NCBI GenBank assembly: GCA_963849325.1
Contig: CAWKHF010000002.1
Location: 256,001 to 320,000 of the forward strand
Reading direction: 5' to 3'
DNA: 64,000 nt
Origin: an uncultured Planctomycetota bacterium
Lineage (GTDB): Bacteria > Planctomycetota > Planctomycetia > Gemmatales > Gemmataceae
Of this stretch, positions 45,230 to 55,696 are shown piece by piece. Position numbers and translations under genes: made by a program. Each line of letters begins with the position of its first letter. Position 1 is the first letter of the stretch. The notes under the pieces were generated by a model. That model was not told the origin of the DNA and did not search any database. It worked only from the letters and a program-made list of their open reading frames with translations.

Positions 45230-46245
45230 GTTGCGGTCAGTTCGCGGTTGCACAAGATCGTGTAGCCGCGATGCTGCATCGCTCCGACATGCTCGAACGT
45301 CTCCATCATCCACTCCGCGACTTCGTTGGGCTGCTTCGTCACTAGATAAAAGCGGCCGTCCGCCTTCAGCAGTGTACCCGCACGTTCGATAAACAGGCGA
45401 GCGATCGCGCTGTTGGCGTAGTAGGGGGGATTGGCCAGCACGACGTCAAAGTGCTTCTCGTTGAAGCCGTCCACCCGGCTCGACGCCACGGCCTGGAACG
45501 CGGCGACGCCGTTTTCGCGTGCATTGATGTCGGCCAGGGCGACGGCGCGGACGTTGCTATCGACAAAGGTGATGTGTCCTTCCGCCCCGGCGTGCTGCGC
45601 GGCGAAGATACCGTTGGTGCCGCAGCCGCAGCCGATGTCCAGGACGCGATCGCCGGGCCGCACGTCCATCGTCTCCGCCAGCGCCCGTGCTCCGTTGTCG
45701 AAGCGGCCGTAGGAGAAGACGCCGGGACGCGACAGGAACCGGCACGACGGCCCGCCGCCAACGCGGGCCTGGAAGGCGACTTCATGCCGGCGCCGCGGCC
45801 GATCGCCTTCGCGCTGGCACCACAGGACCGTATCGCTCCCGAGATTCGGGGCGTGGACGCGGCCGAAGATCTTCTTGAGCAGGGCCGGGAAAAACGGGTC
45901 CGCCTCGTAGGGCGACCAGACGACGAGGGTGCCGTGCGGCCGGAGGACGTGGAACGCTTGCTCGATCATGTCGATCTTCAGCTCGCGTTCGCCGCGGCGC
46001 GGCGGCAGATAGAGCACCGTTTGAAAATCGGCCGGCAGATCCCACAGGTCCGCCGCCGTCACTACTTGCGCCGGACATTGCCGCTCGGTTAACTCCGCTT
46101 GCAGCCTTTCGGCCTGATGCAGATCCATCTGGTAGCAGACGGCCTCGATGCCGTTCAGAGCGTTCAGGCAGTGGGCCGTCTCGGCGGGCGAGCCGAGCAC
46201 GACGGCCAACGGCGGACGCGCCTTGGCGCGCACCAGGTCCGGCAC
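45223..46245 (-). CDS. RsmC/RlmG-like methyltransferase
   Basis: PGVFS..RFDNG, LDIGCGCG, ANPPY. Confidence 0.85.
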   Translation of the reverse strand: MPDLVRAKARPPLAVVLGSPAETAHCLNALNGIEAVCYQMDLHQAERLQAELTERQCPAQVVTAADLWDLPADFQTVLYLPPRRGERELKIDMIEQAFHVLRPHGTLVVWSPYEADPFFPALLKKIFGRVHAPNLGSDTVLWCQREGDRPRRRHEVAFQARVGGGPSCRFLSRPGVFSYGRFDNGARALAETMDVRPGDRVLDIGCGCGTNGIFAAQHAGAEGHITFVDSNVRAVALADINARENGVAAFQAVASSRVDGFNEKHFDVVLANPPYYANSAIARLFIERAGTLLKADGRFYLVTKQPNEVAEWMMETFEHVGAMQHRGYTILCNRELTATS

Positions 46246-46309
46246 GGTTCGCTGGCTTCAGCGGCGCCTCTTTCTGTCTCCGGGACATGCTGCCCTCCGC
46301 GCTCGTCCT

Positions 46310-47312
46310 TCAAATCCGCATCTCGACCACGGCCTGCCAGCGGCCGCCCGGCGACAGCACCTGCCAACCGGCATCGACGCCGCGGGCTTGCAGGTTGATG
46401 GCGTCGCTGACGCAGGTGTACGGTTCGACGCAGAACGCCTGCCGGTGCGGCGGTGTGAAAACGACCAATTCGCGGAACTCCGGCCCGGCGCAGAGACGCA
46501 GCGTCGTCCCGGTCGCTCCCTCCAGCGCCGCCCGTTCCGGCATCTTCCCTGTCGCCGGCGGCAGGTCGGTCAGCACCGTATCGACGCTCAACTCGCCGAA
46601 GCGCCGCGGCCGGTTGAGATCGCAGGACACATCGACCGGCCGCCGTTCGCCGGTCGGCAGCGAGTCCTCCAGTTTCCACACGGAGCGCGCTGGCACCGTC
46701 AACCGGCACTCGTCCGCCGTGCCGGTCGAGGTGAACGGCATGCGGAAGTAGGGATGATAACCCAATCCGAATGGCATCCCTACGCGATCCGGATTGTACA
46801 CTTCTGCCTCCAGGCGCAGCGAACCGGCGCCAAGCCGATAGGTGAGCCGAATTTCGTGGTCTGTCGGCCAAAGCGACCGGCTGTCGGGCGCATCCTGGGA
46901 GCAGCGGAACACTCCCGTAATCCAGGCGCTCGTTGCGTCGGACCCCTGGTCCACGACACGCCAGGGGTGATGGCAGGCGAAGCCGTGGATGGTGTTCTTC
47001 TTCGCCGGATCGTTCAACGGCAGCTGATAGGCGTGTCCGTCCCAGATGAAGCGGCCATCGCGGATGCGGTTGGGGAAGGGGAACAGCACCGGGATGCCGC
47101 TGCGCAGTCGGTCGGCCGTCTTGGAAGAGGTCGGGGGTCTGGTACAGCAGTTCCAGCGACTGGCCGCCGCGCCGCACCTGCCAGCGATAACAGTTGAAAC
47201 CGAGCGCCGGCCAGACCTCGGCCTGGCCGCCCGCGCCATCCTCCAGGACGTATACCGTCGCGTCGAGGCTGCGGACGTCGGGATGGGGCCGGGCATGAAC
47301 GGCGAAGGACAT
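46310..47312 (-). CDS. Aldose 1-epimerase family (frameshift near 47105)
   Basis: GIPVLFPFPNRI, IHG, GYHPYF, FCVEP. Confidence 0.88.
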
Positions 47313-47401
47313 GGAAAACGTCTCCCCATTTCGGGCGATACCTCGTATCGTAGACGCGGCGCGGAACTTGTCGAGGCAAGCGGTCGCCGACAGCCCGACG
47401 C

Positions 47402-47430
47402 TTGTCAAGCGTCCCGCACTCGGCTACCAT
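47402..47430 (+). promoter_or_regulatory. Putative sigma70 promoter
   Basis: TTGTCA-17-TACCAT upstream of the metal ABC genes. Confidence 0.45.
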
Positions 47431-47473
47431 GAGGCATGGTATTACAAAGTATGTCTTTTTTGAGGGCGTCTCC

Positions 47474-48474
47474 ATGACGAAGCGACGCGCGGCGGGTGCG
47501 TGGATGGTCGGGACGGCAGTGGTACTGGCAGGAGGTCTGTGCGGCTGCGCCGCTCGACGCCGGCGTGGCTGGGCCGTGGCGGGCCGCCGCACGTCGTCGT
47601 CACCATCCCGGCCCTGGACAATTTCGTCCGCAACGTCGGCGGCGATCACGTCGGTGTCGTCTGCCTGTGTACGAACAAGGGGCCGCACCACTACGAGTAC
47701 AATCCGCAGGACGCCATGGTCCTGCGCGACGCCGACCTGTTCTTCGCCATCGGTCTGACGCTCGACGACAAGTTCGCCGATCCGATGCAGGTCGAGAGCC
47801 ACAACGCCCGCCTGCGCTACGTCAAGCTCGGCGAGCGCCTGCCGGAGAAGCTGCTTCGCAAGGGCGAAGAACATGAGGACAAGGAGGAGGCCAAACACGA
47901 GCACGGCCACGAACACGGCGAACACGACCCGCATGTCTGGCTCGGCATCGAGCAAGCCATCGCCCTGGTTGAGATGATCCGCGACGAGCTGAAAGCCGTC
48001 GATACTAACGCCAGCCACGCCGACGACTACGACAAGAACGCCGCCGCCTACATCAAAAAGCTGAAGGATCTGCACGCCTACGGCAAGGACAAGTTCAAGG
48101 ACAAGAAGGACCGCAATCTCATCGCCTTCCACGAATCGCTGGGCTACTTCGCCCAAAGTTTCGGCCTGACCATCGTGGACGCCATCGAGGTGGCGCCCGG
48201 CCACGAGCCGCCTCCGGGGCACCTGACGAAGCTGGTCGAGAAGTGCAAGGAGAAAAACGTCCGCATCATCGCCGTCGAACCGCAGTACCCCAAGGGCACG
48301 TCGGCGGAAGTGCTGCAAAAAGAGGTGAAGGGTCTGGAGTTCGTGGTGGTCGATCCGCTGGAGACGGTCGAGCGCGCGGACCTCAAGGAAGATGAAAAGG
48401 AGTTGAAGAGTAAGGATTGGTACAAGGACAAAATGAAGCAGAACATCGACGCCCTGGCGAAGGGCTTGCCATGA
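47474..48474 (+). CDS. Zn/Mn ABC substrate-binding lipoprotein (frameshift near 47560)
   Basis: Lipobox LCGC, GPHHYE, His-rich loop, DPHVWL, FHES. Confidence 0.88.
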
Positions 48475-49235
48475 CTCCCGACCTGGTGACCATCAAGGAT
48501 CTGCGCGTCACGCTGGGCGGCAACCCGATCTTGCGGGGCGTCAACGCGGCGCTGGCGCGGCGCAGCATCACGGCGCTGATCGGTCTCAATGGGGCCGGCA
48601 AAAGCACGCTGCTGCGGGCGCTGGTCAAGGAAGTGCCGTACACCGGCCGCATCGAGTTCCACTGCGGCCACGACCACAGTCGGCCCAACCCCGACCACGT
48701 CGGCTACGTGCCGCAGAAGCTGCGCATCGAGGCCAACCTGCCGCTGACCGTGTACGACCTGTTCGGCATGGCCCTGCAGCGCCGTCCGCTGTTCCTCGGC
48801 GCCAGCCGGCGCGTGCGCGAGCGCATGATGCATCTGCTCGGGCGCGTCAATGCGTTGGAGCTACTGCACAAGCCGGTGGAGAAGCTGTCGGGCGGCGAAC
48901 TTCAGCGCGTGCTCCTGGCCCTGGCGATGGAGCCGCACCCGGAACTGCTGCTGCTCGACGAGCCGGCCGCCGGCATCGACTTCAAGGAAGGAGAGAAGTT
49001 CTACGACCTGATCGCCAGCCTCAACCGCGAGACGGGGGCGACGATCCTGCTGGTGTCGCACGATACGAACGTGGTGGACCGCATGGCCCATCACGTTCTC
49101 TGTCTGAAGGATGGCCGCATCGCCTGCCAGGGTCCGCCGCGCGAGATCATCAGCGAGGCGATGCTCGAACAAATCTTCGGCAGCCGCAAGGGTTTTTACG
49201 ACCACCATCACCCCCATCCGCATCCCGAGACGTGA
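48471..49235 (+). CDS. Zn/Mn ABC ATP-binding protein
   Basis: GLNGAGKS, GYVPQ, LSGGELQR, His-rich tail. Confidence 0.92.
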   Translation: MTPDLVTIKDLRVTLGGNPILRGVNAALARRSITALIGLNGAGKSTLLRALVKEVPYTGRIEFHCGHDHSRPNPDHVGYVPQKLRIEANLPLTVYDLFGMALQRRPLFLGASRRVRERMMHLLGRVNALELLHKPVEKLSGGELQRVLLALAMEPHPELLLLDEPAAGIDFKEGEKFYDLIASLNRETGATILLVSHDTNVVDRMAHHVLCLKDGRIACQGPPREIISEAMLEQIFGSRKGFYDHHHPHPHPET

Positions 49236-49253
49236 ATGTCCGCGAGCGACTGT

Positions 49254-49459
49254 TCACAAGTCCGCGTCGGTGAGGCCGGCTTCCCGCATGATGCTTCGCT
49301 GCGTGCCGGCCTTGAGGGGTCGCGCGTATGGATCGGCACGGGGATCGGTCTTCGCGCTCCTGCCCGGTTGTAGATGTGGTGACTGCCGCGAATCCGAGCG
49401 AGCGTCCAGCCGTGGCGCTCCAACACGCGGCACATCTCCAGGCCGCTGACGTGTTTCAT
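49254..49459 (-). CDS. hicA: HicA toxin (frameshift near 49325)
   Basis: LERHGW...RGSH...VPIH then LKAGTQRSIMREAGL in the adjacent frame. Confidence 0.85.
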
Positions 49460-49671
49460 ACTTCCAAGACCTCGGTGCGGCCGCCGGGTTCGTTGTTCGA
49501 CTCTTCAACCGGCATGTCCTGCATCACCTCCAACACGCCCTCCAGCGCCTCCCGAATATTGGCCCGTACTTCCTCCAGGGTTTCGCCTTCGGAGACGCAG
49601 CCAGGGAAGCCGGGCACTTCCGCCCAAAAACCGCCCTCTTCCGCATCGTGGATAATGACTTTGAGCTTCAT
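49456..49671 (-). CDS. hicB: HicB antitoxin (short form)
   Basis: EEGGFWAEVPGFPGCVSEGETLEE. Confidence 0.92.
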   Translation of the reverse strand: MKLKVIIHDAEEGGFWAEVPGFPGCVSEGETLEEVRANIREALEGVLEVMQDMPVEESNNEPGGRTEVLEV

Positions 49672-49813
49672 GGGACTTTCCTCCAGGTAGCCTGCGTTTA
49701 GCATACCGCGCCTGCCGGCTTCGGCGCAGTACACGACAGTTTTCTTTGTCAACCCGTGAGAAATCCGCGCTGCCGTGGCATCATAAGAGAGAAGCGACCT
49801 CCGAGGGCCACGC

Positions 49814-50317
49814 ATGCGGACGATGGATCCGACGCTCCTGGGACGGCTGTACCGCCGGCACGCGCCGGCCCTGCGCCTTTACGCCCGCCAATGGGGCGGC
49901 GGCGCGGAAGACCTCGTGCAAGAAGCGTTCATCCGTCTCTCGCGGCAGACGCCGCCGCCGGAGCAGGTGCTGCCCTGGATGTACCGCGTGGTGCGCAATG
50001 AGGCGCGGATCGCTCACCGCAGCGCCTCGCGCCGTCGCCGCCGCGAGCAACGCGCCAGCGCGCCCGAGGCATGGTTCAGCACGGCCGAGGACCGCCTGGA
50101 CGCCGGCGAGGCGACGCGCCTGCTGGCGGAACTGCCGCTGGAGTTGCGTGAGGTGATCGTCGCCCGCCTGTGGGGCGGTCTGACGTTCGAGGAAATCGCC
50201 CGGTTGATTGGCTGTTCGCTGCCGACGGCGCACCGCCGCTATCACACGGGACTGACACAACTGCGCGAGAGGCTGGAAGGTTCATGGACCAACACCCCCA
50301 CCGCCCCGACGAACTGA
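49814..50317 (+). CDS. ECF sigma factor
   Basis: AEDLVQEAF, WMYRVVRN, LTFEEIA. Confidence 0.9.
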   Translation: MRTMDPTLLGRLYRRHAPALRLYARQWGGGAEDLVQEAFIRLSRQTPPPEQVLPWMYRVVRNEARIAHRSASRRRRREQRASAPEAWFSTAEDRLDAGEATRLLAELPLELREVIVARLWGGLTFEEIARLIGCSLPTAHRRYHTGLTQLRERLEGSWTNTPTAPTN

Positions 50318-50769
50318 GTGAGCTGGAGCGCCGCCTGTCCGCCTGGGCGCCGGCCGATGCTGGCCTGAACGCCGATGCCGTGCTGTTCGCCGCCGGTCGC
50401 GCCTCCGCTCGTCCCGGCCTGTCCCGCTTCGTCTGGCCGGCGCTGACGACGTGTATGACCCTACTGGCCCTTGTCCTGGGTGTCTGTCTGATCGCCGAGC
50501 GAAGCGAGCGCCTGGACCTCGCTCGGCAACTCCGTCCCCAACCTTCCGTCCCCGCACCGCCCGCGCCTTCTCTCGACGTTGACCGGGTGGAGAGGCCAAG
50601 CCCGGACGAACCGCCGCCGGATAGTTACCTCGCCAGCCACCGAGCGCTCGAGAAGGGACTCGACGCCTGGCCGATCCAGGCCGTGGTTCGCGTCGAAACA
50701 TCCGGCCCACTGCGGCCCAGTCCCGCCGTCCTCCAGGCCGGACATCGGGACGTTCTGCTCGATCCATAA
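50284..50769 (+). CDS. Putative anti-sigma membrane protein
   Basis: Overlaps the sigma gene; single TM; ELERRL...VLFAAGRAS. Confidence 0.65.
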   Translation: MDQHPHRPDELSELERRLSAWAPADAGLNADAVLFAAGRASARPGLSRFVWPALTTCMTLLALVLGVCLIAERSERLDLARQLRPQPSVPAPPAPSLDVDRVERPSPDEPPPDSYLASHRALEKGLDAWPIQAVVRVETSGPLRPSPAVLQAGHRDVLLDP

Positions 50770-50801
50770 ATCCTCTGTTTTCGCTTCAGGAGATTGGAAC
50801 G

Positions 50802-52264
50802 ATGAAACGGTTGCGCCGATGGTCCGCCCTCGCCGGGTTGTTCCTGTTCGCCGGATCGCTCGCCGCCCTGCGCGGACAGACGCCGCCGGCGGCGAAGAAA
50901 GCGGACGACAAGCCAGCGGAGAAATGGCTCCTCGATCGCTCGCTCTCCGTCTCGCCGGCATCCGCCCCGATACCGGCCCTCAAATATCGTCTATTTCCGA
51001 TGACCTCCGAACGCAAGGAAGGCAACGCCGTCCCGATCTACCTGCGCTTCGCCCACGAACGCAGCGATGAGCGGAAGAAACTCCTCCGGGAGAAGCCGGA
51101 AGAGTGGAACAAGCTGCCGCTGGACAAGCTGCCCCTGGACGAGGTCAAGAAGTTCCTGGACGGCTACAGGTACAACCTCCGTCAGTTCGACCTGGGAGCG
51201 CGGCGTAGGAGCGCCGACTGGAATTACACCTTCGACGCCGGCGACCCCATCGGCATCCTGCTACCCGACGTTCAGGAGATGCGGATGCAGGCGCCGCTGT
51301 TGGTTCTCAAGGCGCGGGTGGAGATCGCCGAGCGCCGCTACGCCGACGCGGTTCGCACGCTGGAGACGGGTTTTTCCTTCAGCCAGCAGATCAGCGCGGC
51401 GCCGTTCCTCATCAGCGACCTCGTCGGCATCGCCGTGGCGAGACAATTCAACGATTGCCTGCTGGAGTTGATGGAACGCCCCGACGCGCCGAATCTCTAC
51501 TGGGCGCTGACGGTGCTGCCGCGGCCGCTCATCGATCTGCGCAAGGCCAACGAGTTCGAGCAGAGACTTCTGGAGATGCAGTTGCCCGACCTGGCCGAGA
51601 TCGCCCGGCCGCATGCCCCTGGAGAATGGGACGCCATGCTCCGGCGTGTCCGCCTGGAGATCGAACGCATCAGCAAATTCGACCGCGACTTTGTGATGAA
51701 GCCCGGCACCGGGCCAGACGACCCGGCGAGCAAATCGCCGGACCTGCCCGCGGCGCGAAATACCTGACCGAAACCGTCCGCCTGCCAGCGGACAAAGTGC
51801 AGGCGATGTCACCCTCTCAGGTACTGTTGCTATATCAGTCGAACCTTTACCATGAATACCGCGATGAGGTGTTCAAGGCTTCGTATCTGCCGTTTTCCCA
51901 GGCCCATCGGCTGTCCAAGGAGACGGATCGGCGCTTGAAGTCCGCGCCCGACACCGAAGCGGGGCGGCTGACCCGTCTGTTCCTACCGGCCCTGACCAAG
52001 GTTGAACTGGCCCAGGTGCGCATCGAGCGCAAGCTGGCAGCCTTGCGGGTGATCGAAGCGTTGCGGATGCACGCCGCCGCCCACGACGGCCAACTGCCCG
52101 ACAAGCTCGATGAGGTTGCCATCGCGCCCGTGCCTAACGATCCGGGCACCGGCCGGCCGTTCGAGTATCGCCGCGATGGCCAGACGGCCACGCTCCTCAG
52201 CCGCATTCCCGGCGAGTCGCTGGAGATGACCGGCCTGCGCTACCGGGTGACGATACGGAAGTGA
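50802..52264 (+). CDS. Exported hypothetical protein (frameshift near 51755)
   Basis: Signal peptide; two consecutive ORFs; C-terminal EALRMHAA..G.LP..L...VP.DP.TG.PF.Y motif. Confidence 0.7.
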
Positions 52265-52272
52265 GTGCGGTG

Positions 52273-52629
52273 TCAATCGCCCAATACCTGCTGATACGCC
52301 TCCGCCCCGAAACCGACCAGCAGCGTATCGCCGATGCGCAACGTCGGCGCTTTCAGGTTGCCGCTGGGGCCGAGGAGGTGGGCCGCCAGCGTGTCCTCGT
52401 CGGGCGGCGCTTGCTTCATATCGAAGGTAACGATTTTCTTGCCCCTGGCCGTCACGACGCGGGCGGCGGAGTGCGCCAGTTTCAGCGCCTCGTCGCGGCC
52501 GCGCCGCTCCTTCGTCGCATCCACCACGGTCCCGCCGATGTTCCAATCGTGCGCCTCAAGGAACTCTTGAGCTTTCTTGCAGCTGGTTCAGCCACGGCGA
52601 TGATACATCCAGTCGATGGTCCCGGACAT
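52273..52629 (-). CDS. ArsC/Spx-like thioredoxin-fold selenoprotein (UxxC; UGA at 52588-52590)
   Basis: MSGTIDWMYHRRG-U-TSCKKAQEFL reads in frame into ORF 52273-52527 (GNLKAPTLRIGDTLLVGF). Confidence 0.85.
52555..52571 (-). promoter_or_regulatory. Candidate bacterial SECIS hairpin
   Basis: CUCAAG-AGUUC-CUUGAG beginning 16 nt after the UGA; GU in the apical loop. Confidence 0.65.
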
Positions 52630-52636
52630 GATTTCT

Positions 52637-52660
52637 CCCTCGCTTACGCTACAGGCTCCG
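52637..52660. repeat. Single REP family D unit
   Basis: Minus strand GGAGCCTGTAGCGTAAGCGAGGG. Confidence 0.65.
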
Positions 52661-52670
52661 ACAGATGCCA

Positions 52671-53863
52671 CTAATACTTGAGCATGTTCTTGTCGATGCG
52701 ATCCGCCCAGGCCAGGATGCCGCCGGTGAGGTTCTTCAGCTTGGAAAAGCCTTGCTGGCGCAGGAAATGGATGGCCTTCTGGCTGCGCACGCCGCTCTTG
52801 CAGTGGACGATGATCTCGCGGTTGCGGTCCAGTTCGCCGAATCGCTGTGGCAGCGCCGGCAGCGGGATGACGGTGCTGCCGGGAAGACGGCAAATCTGCA
52901 CCTCCTCCGGGTTGCGCACGTCGAGGACGAAGACGTTTTCCCTCTGGTCCAGGCGCCGCTTCAATTCCTCGACCGTGATGTCACTGGCCCCAGCCGCGGC
53001 GGCGGGTGCCGACGTCTCCTGACCGCGCACGCCGCAGAACTGGTCGTAATCGATCAGCTTCGTGATCGTCGGTTGATCGCCGCAGACAGGGCACTTTGGG
53101 TTGCGCCGCACCTTGAACTCGCGGAAGCTCATTTGCAAAGCGTCGTACAGCAGCAGCCGGCCGATGAGCGGCGTACCCTGGCCGAGCAGCAGTTTGACGG
53201 CCTCGGTCGCTTGAATGCAGCCGATCAGACCGGGCAGGATGCCGAGCACGCCGCCCTCGGCGCAGCTCGGCACTTCGCCGGGCGGCGGCGGCTCCGGGTA
53301 CAGGCAGCGATAGCACGGCCCATGCCCCGGAGAGAACACCGATGCCTGGCCGTCGAAGCGGAAGATGCTGCCGTAGACGTTCGGCTTCTTGAGGAGTACG
53401 CAGGCGTCGTTGACAAGGTAGCGCGTCGGAAAATTATCGGTGCCGTCGATGATGACGTCATATGGCTCGAAGATGCCCAGGGCGTTGTCCGAACTCAACC
53501 GCGTCTCGTACAGGTCGATCCGTACTTCGGGGTTGATCGCCTGCAAACGGTCCTTCGCCGAGTGCAGTTTCGGCCGGCCGACGTCGGGGGTGCCGTGCAA
53601 CACCTGGCGCTGAAGGTTGCTGAAATCGACGACGTCAAAATCGACCAGACCGATGCGGCCGACGCCGGCGGCGGCGAGATACAGCCCTAGAGGCGAACCG
53701 AGGCCGCCGGCGCCGAGGAGCAGGACGGCGGCGGCCTTGAGCGCTTCTGTCCCTCCATGCCGACTTCCGGCATGATAAGGTGACGGCTATAGCGTGCGGC
53801 TTCCTGGGCTGACAGCGTGGCTCGCGTGGCGCGAGCGGAAAGGGAGTCGAGGGGGCCGGACAT
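52671..53863 (-). CDS. moeB: MoeB/ThiF adenylyltransferase with C-terminal rhodanese (frameshift near 53742)
   Basis: RYSRHL, GAGGLGSP, SNLQRQ, CYRC, CPVC, HCKSGVRS. Confidence 0.92.
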
Positions 53864-53887
53864 AGTGATGGTTCCACGATTCGCACG

Positions 53888-53944
53888 CCGAGCCGCGACC
53901 GTTAGGGAGCGATTTCTTACCGCTCCCTGACGGTCGCGGCTCGG
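53888..53944. repeat. REPIN-like inverted repeat, family E (AGCCGCGACCGTCAGGGAGCG)
   Basis: 24-bp arms with one mismatch; second copy at 60243. Confidence 0.85.
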
Positions 53945-53948
53945 ATGG

Positions 53949-55185
53949 TTACTTGATGGCGCCGACGACGAGACAGCAGTTGTGTCCACCGAAGCCGAAG
54001 CTGTTGGAGAGGGCGTGGCGGACGGGCATTTCGCGGGCCGTATTGGGCACGTAATCGAGATCGCAGGCCGGGTCGGGCGTTTGGTAATTGATCGTGGGGT
54101 GGACGACGCGCTGGCGGATGGTCAGGGCGCAAACGATCAACGCGACGCCGCCCGAGGCGCCGAGCAGGTGGCCGAGCATGCTCTTGGTGCTGCTGATGAC
54201 CAGCTTCCGCGCGTGCGGGCCAAACGCATCCTTGACGGCATGCGTCTCCGAGGCGTCGCCCAGCGGCGTGCTGGTGCCGTGGGCGTTGATGTACTGGATG
54301 TCTTCCGGATTGAGCTTGGCGTCGCGCAGCGCCAGGCGCATGGCCTGGCTGGCCCCGGCACCCTGCGGATGCGACTGGGTGATGTGGTAGGCGTCGGCCG
54401 TGCTGCCGGAGCCGAGCACCTCGGCGTACAGCGTCGCACCGCGCCGCCGGGCGTGTTCCAACTCCTCCAGCACGACAATGCCGGCGCCCTCGCTCAACAC
54501 AAATCCGTCGCGGTCGCGGTCGAAAGGCCGACTCGCGCGCTGCGGATCGTCGTTGCGCGAGGACAGGGCGGCGCGGAGACGAAACCGCCTAGACCCATCG
54601 GCGTGATGACCGATTCGGAACCGCCGGCCAGCATGACGTCGGCGTAGCCCCACTGGATGGTGCGCAGCGCGTCGCCGATGGCGTGGGCCGCCGAGGCGCA
54701 GGCGGTCGAGACAGCCGTGTTCGGTCCGGCCAGGCCGAACTCGATCGACACGTTGCCGGCCGCCGCGTTGGGGATCATCTTGGGGATGACGAACGGACTG
54801 ATGCGGCCCGGTCCGTGGTCCTTGTAACGGCCGTGCTGCTCCTCGAACTCGTTGAGTCCGCCGATGCCGCTGCCGAGGATGACGCCACAGCGATAAGGGT
54901 CTTCACGGGAGAAGTCGAGGCCGCTGTCCTGGACCGCCGAATGCGAAGCCACCATGGCGAACTGGGCGAAGCGGTCCAGTCGATGCAGCTTCTTCCGGTC
55001 CACGAGGCTTTCGGGGCGAAGTCCTTGACTTCGCCGCCGAAGTGGACCTTGAAGGCGGACGTGTCGAATTGCTCGATGGTGCCGATGCCGCTCTGGCCCG
55101 CCAACAGCGCGGACCAGAGGCCCGGCACGTCGGAACACAGCGAGTTGACCGTGCCCATGCCCGTGATGACAACGCGCCGGGTCAT
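53949..55185 (-). CDS. fabF: 3-oxoacyl-ACP synthase II (frameshifts near 55015 and 54578)
   Basis: [38 protein letters not shown]. Confidence 0.93.
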
Positions 55186-55424
55186 TTCTTGGCTTGCTCC
55201 CGCTCGATGTAGTCGATGGCCTCGCCGACGGTCTTGATCTTCTCGGCCTGATCGTCGGGGATGGTGATCTCGAACTCTTCTTCCAACTCCATGACCAGTT
55301 CCACGATGTCGAGCGAATCGGCGCCGACGTCCTCCTGGAACGAGGTCTGGCGTGTGACCTGTTCTTTGTTCACGCCCAGGTTTTCGCAGACAATATCAAT
55401 GACACGTTCTTCAACGGAAGCCAC
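55182..55424 (-). CDS. acpP: Acyl carrier protein
   Basis: [21 protein letters not shown] start after GGAGG. Confidence 0.97.
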   Translation of the reverse strand: MASVEERVIDIVCENLGVNKEQVTRQTSFQEDVGADSLDIVELVMELEEEFEITIPDDQAEKIKTVGEAIDYIEREQAKK

Positions 55425-55544
55425 GGTTTGGGACCTCCCAATGCGATCTTCGTTCGTCCCGTGGACCAGGCGATCGTGCGCTCGACGGATCGCCGCCCTC
55501 GGGTTATGTAACACAGCGCACGCACGATGGGCAAGGGGTGTTGC

Positions 55545-55579
55545 CGCTGGCGGCTTGAGCGCTCGCTAAGCCGCCAGCG
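55545..55579. repeat. Inverted repeat family F
   Basis: CGCTGGCGGCTT ... AAGCCGCCAGCG. Confidence 0.65.
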
Positions 55580-55696
55580 ACCCTCTCTTCTTCGGCACTC
55601 ATTCCGCCTCGCGCGTCACGCTGCCGCCGCGGACGGCGCGGCGGACGTAAAATGAATAAGTACAGACAACAAGGGAAAATGGAAAGACCAACCGGC

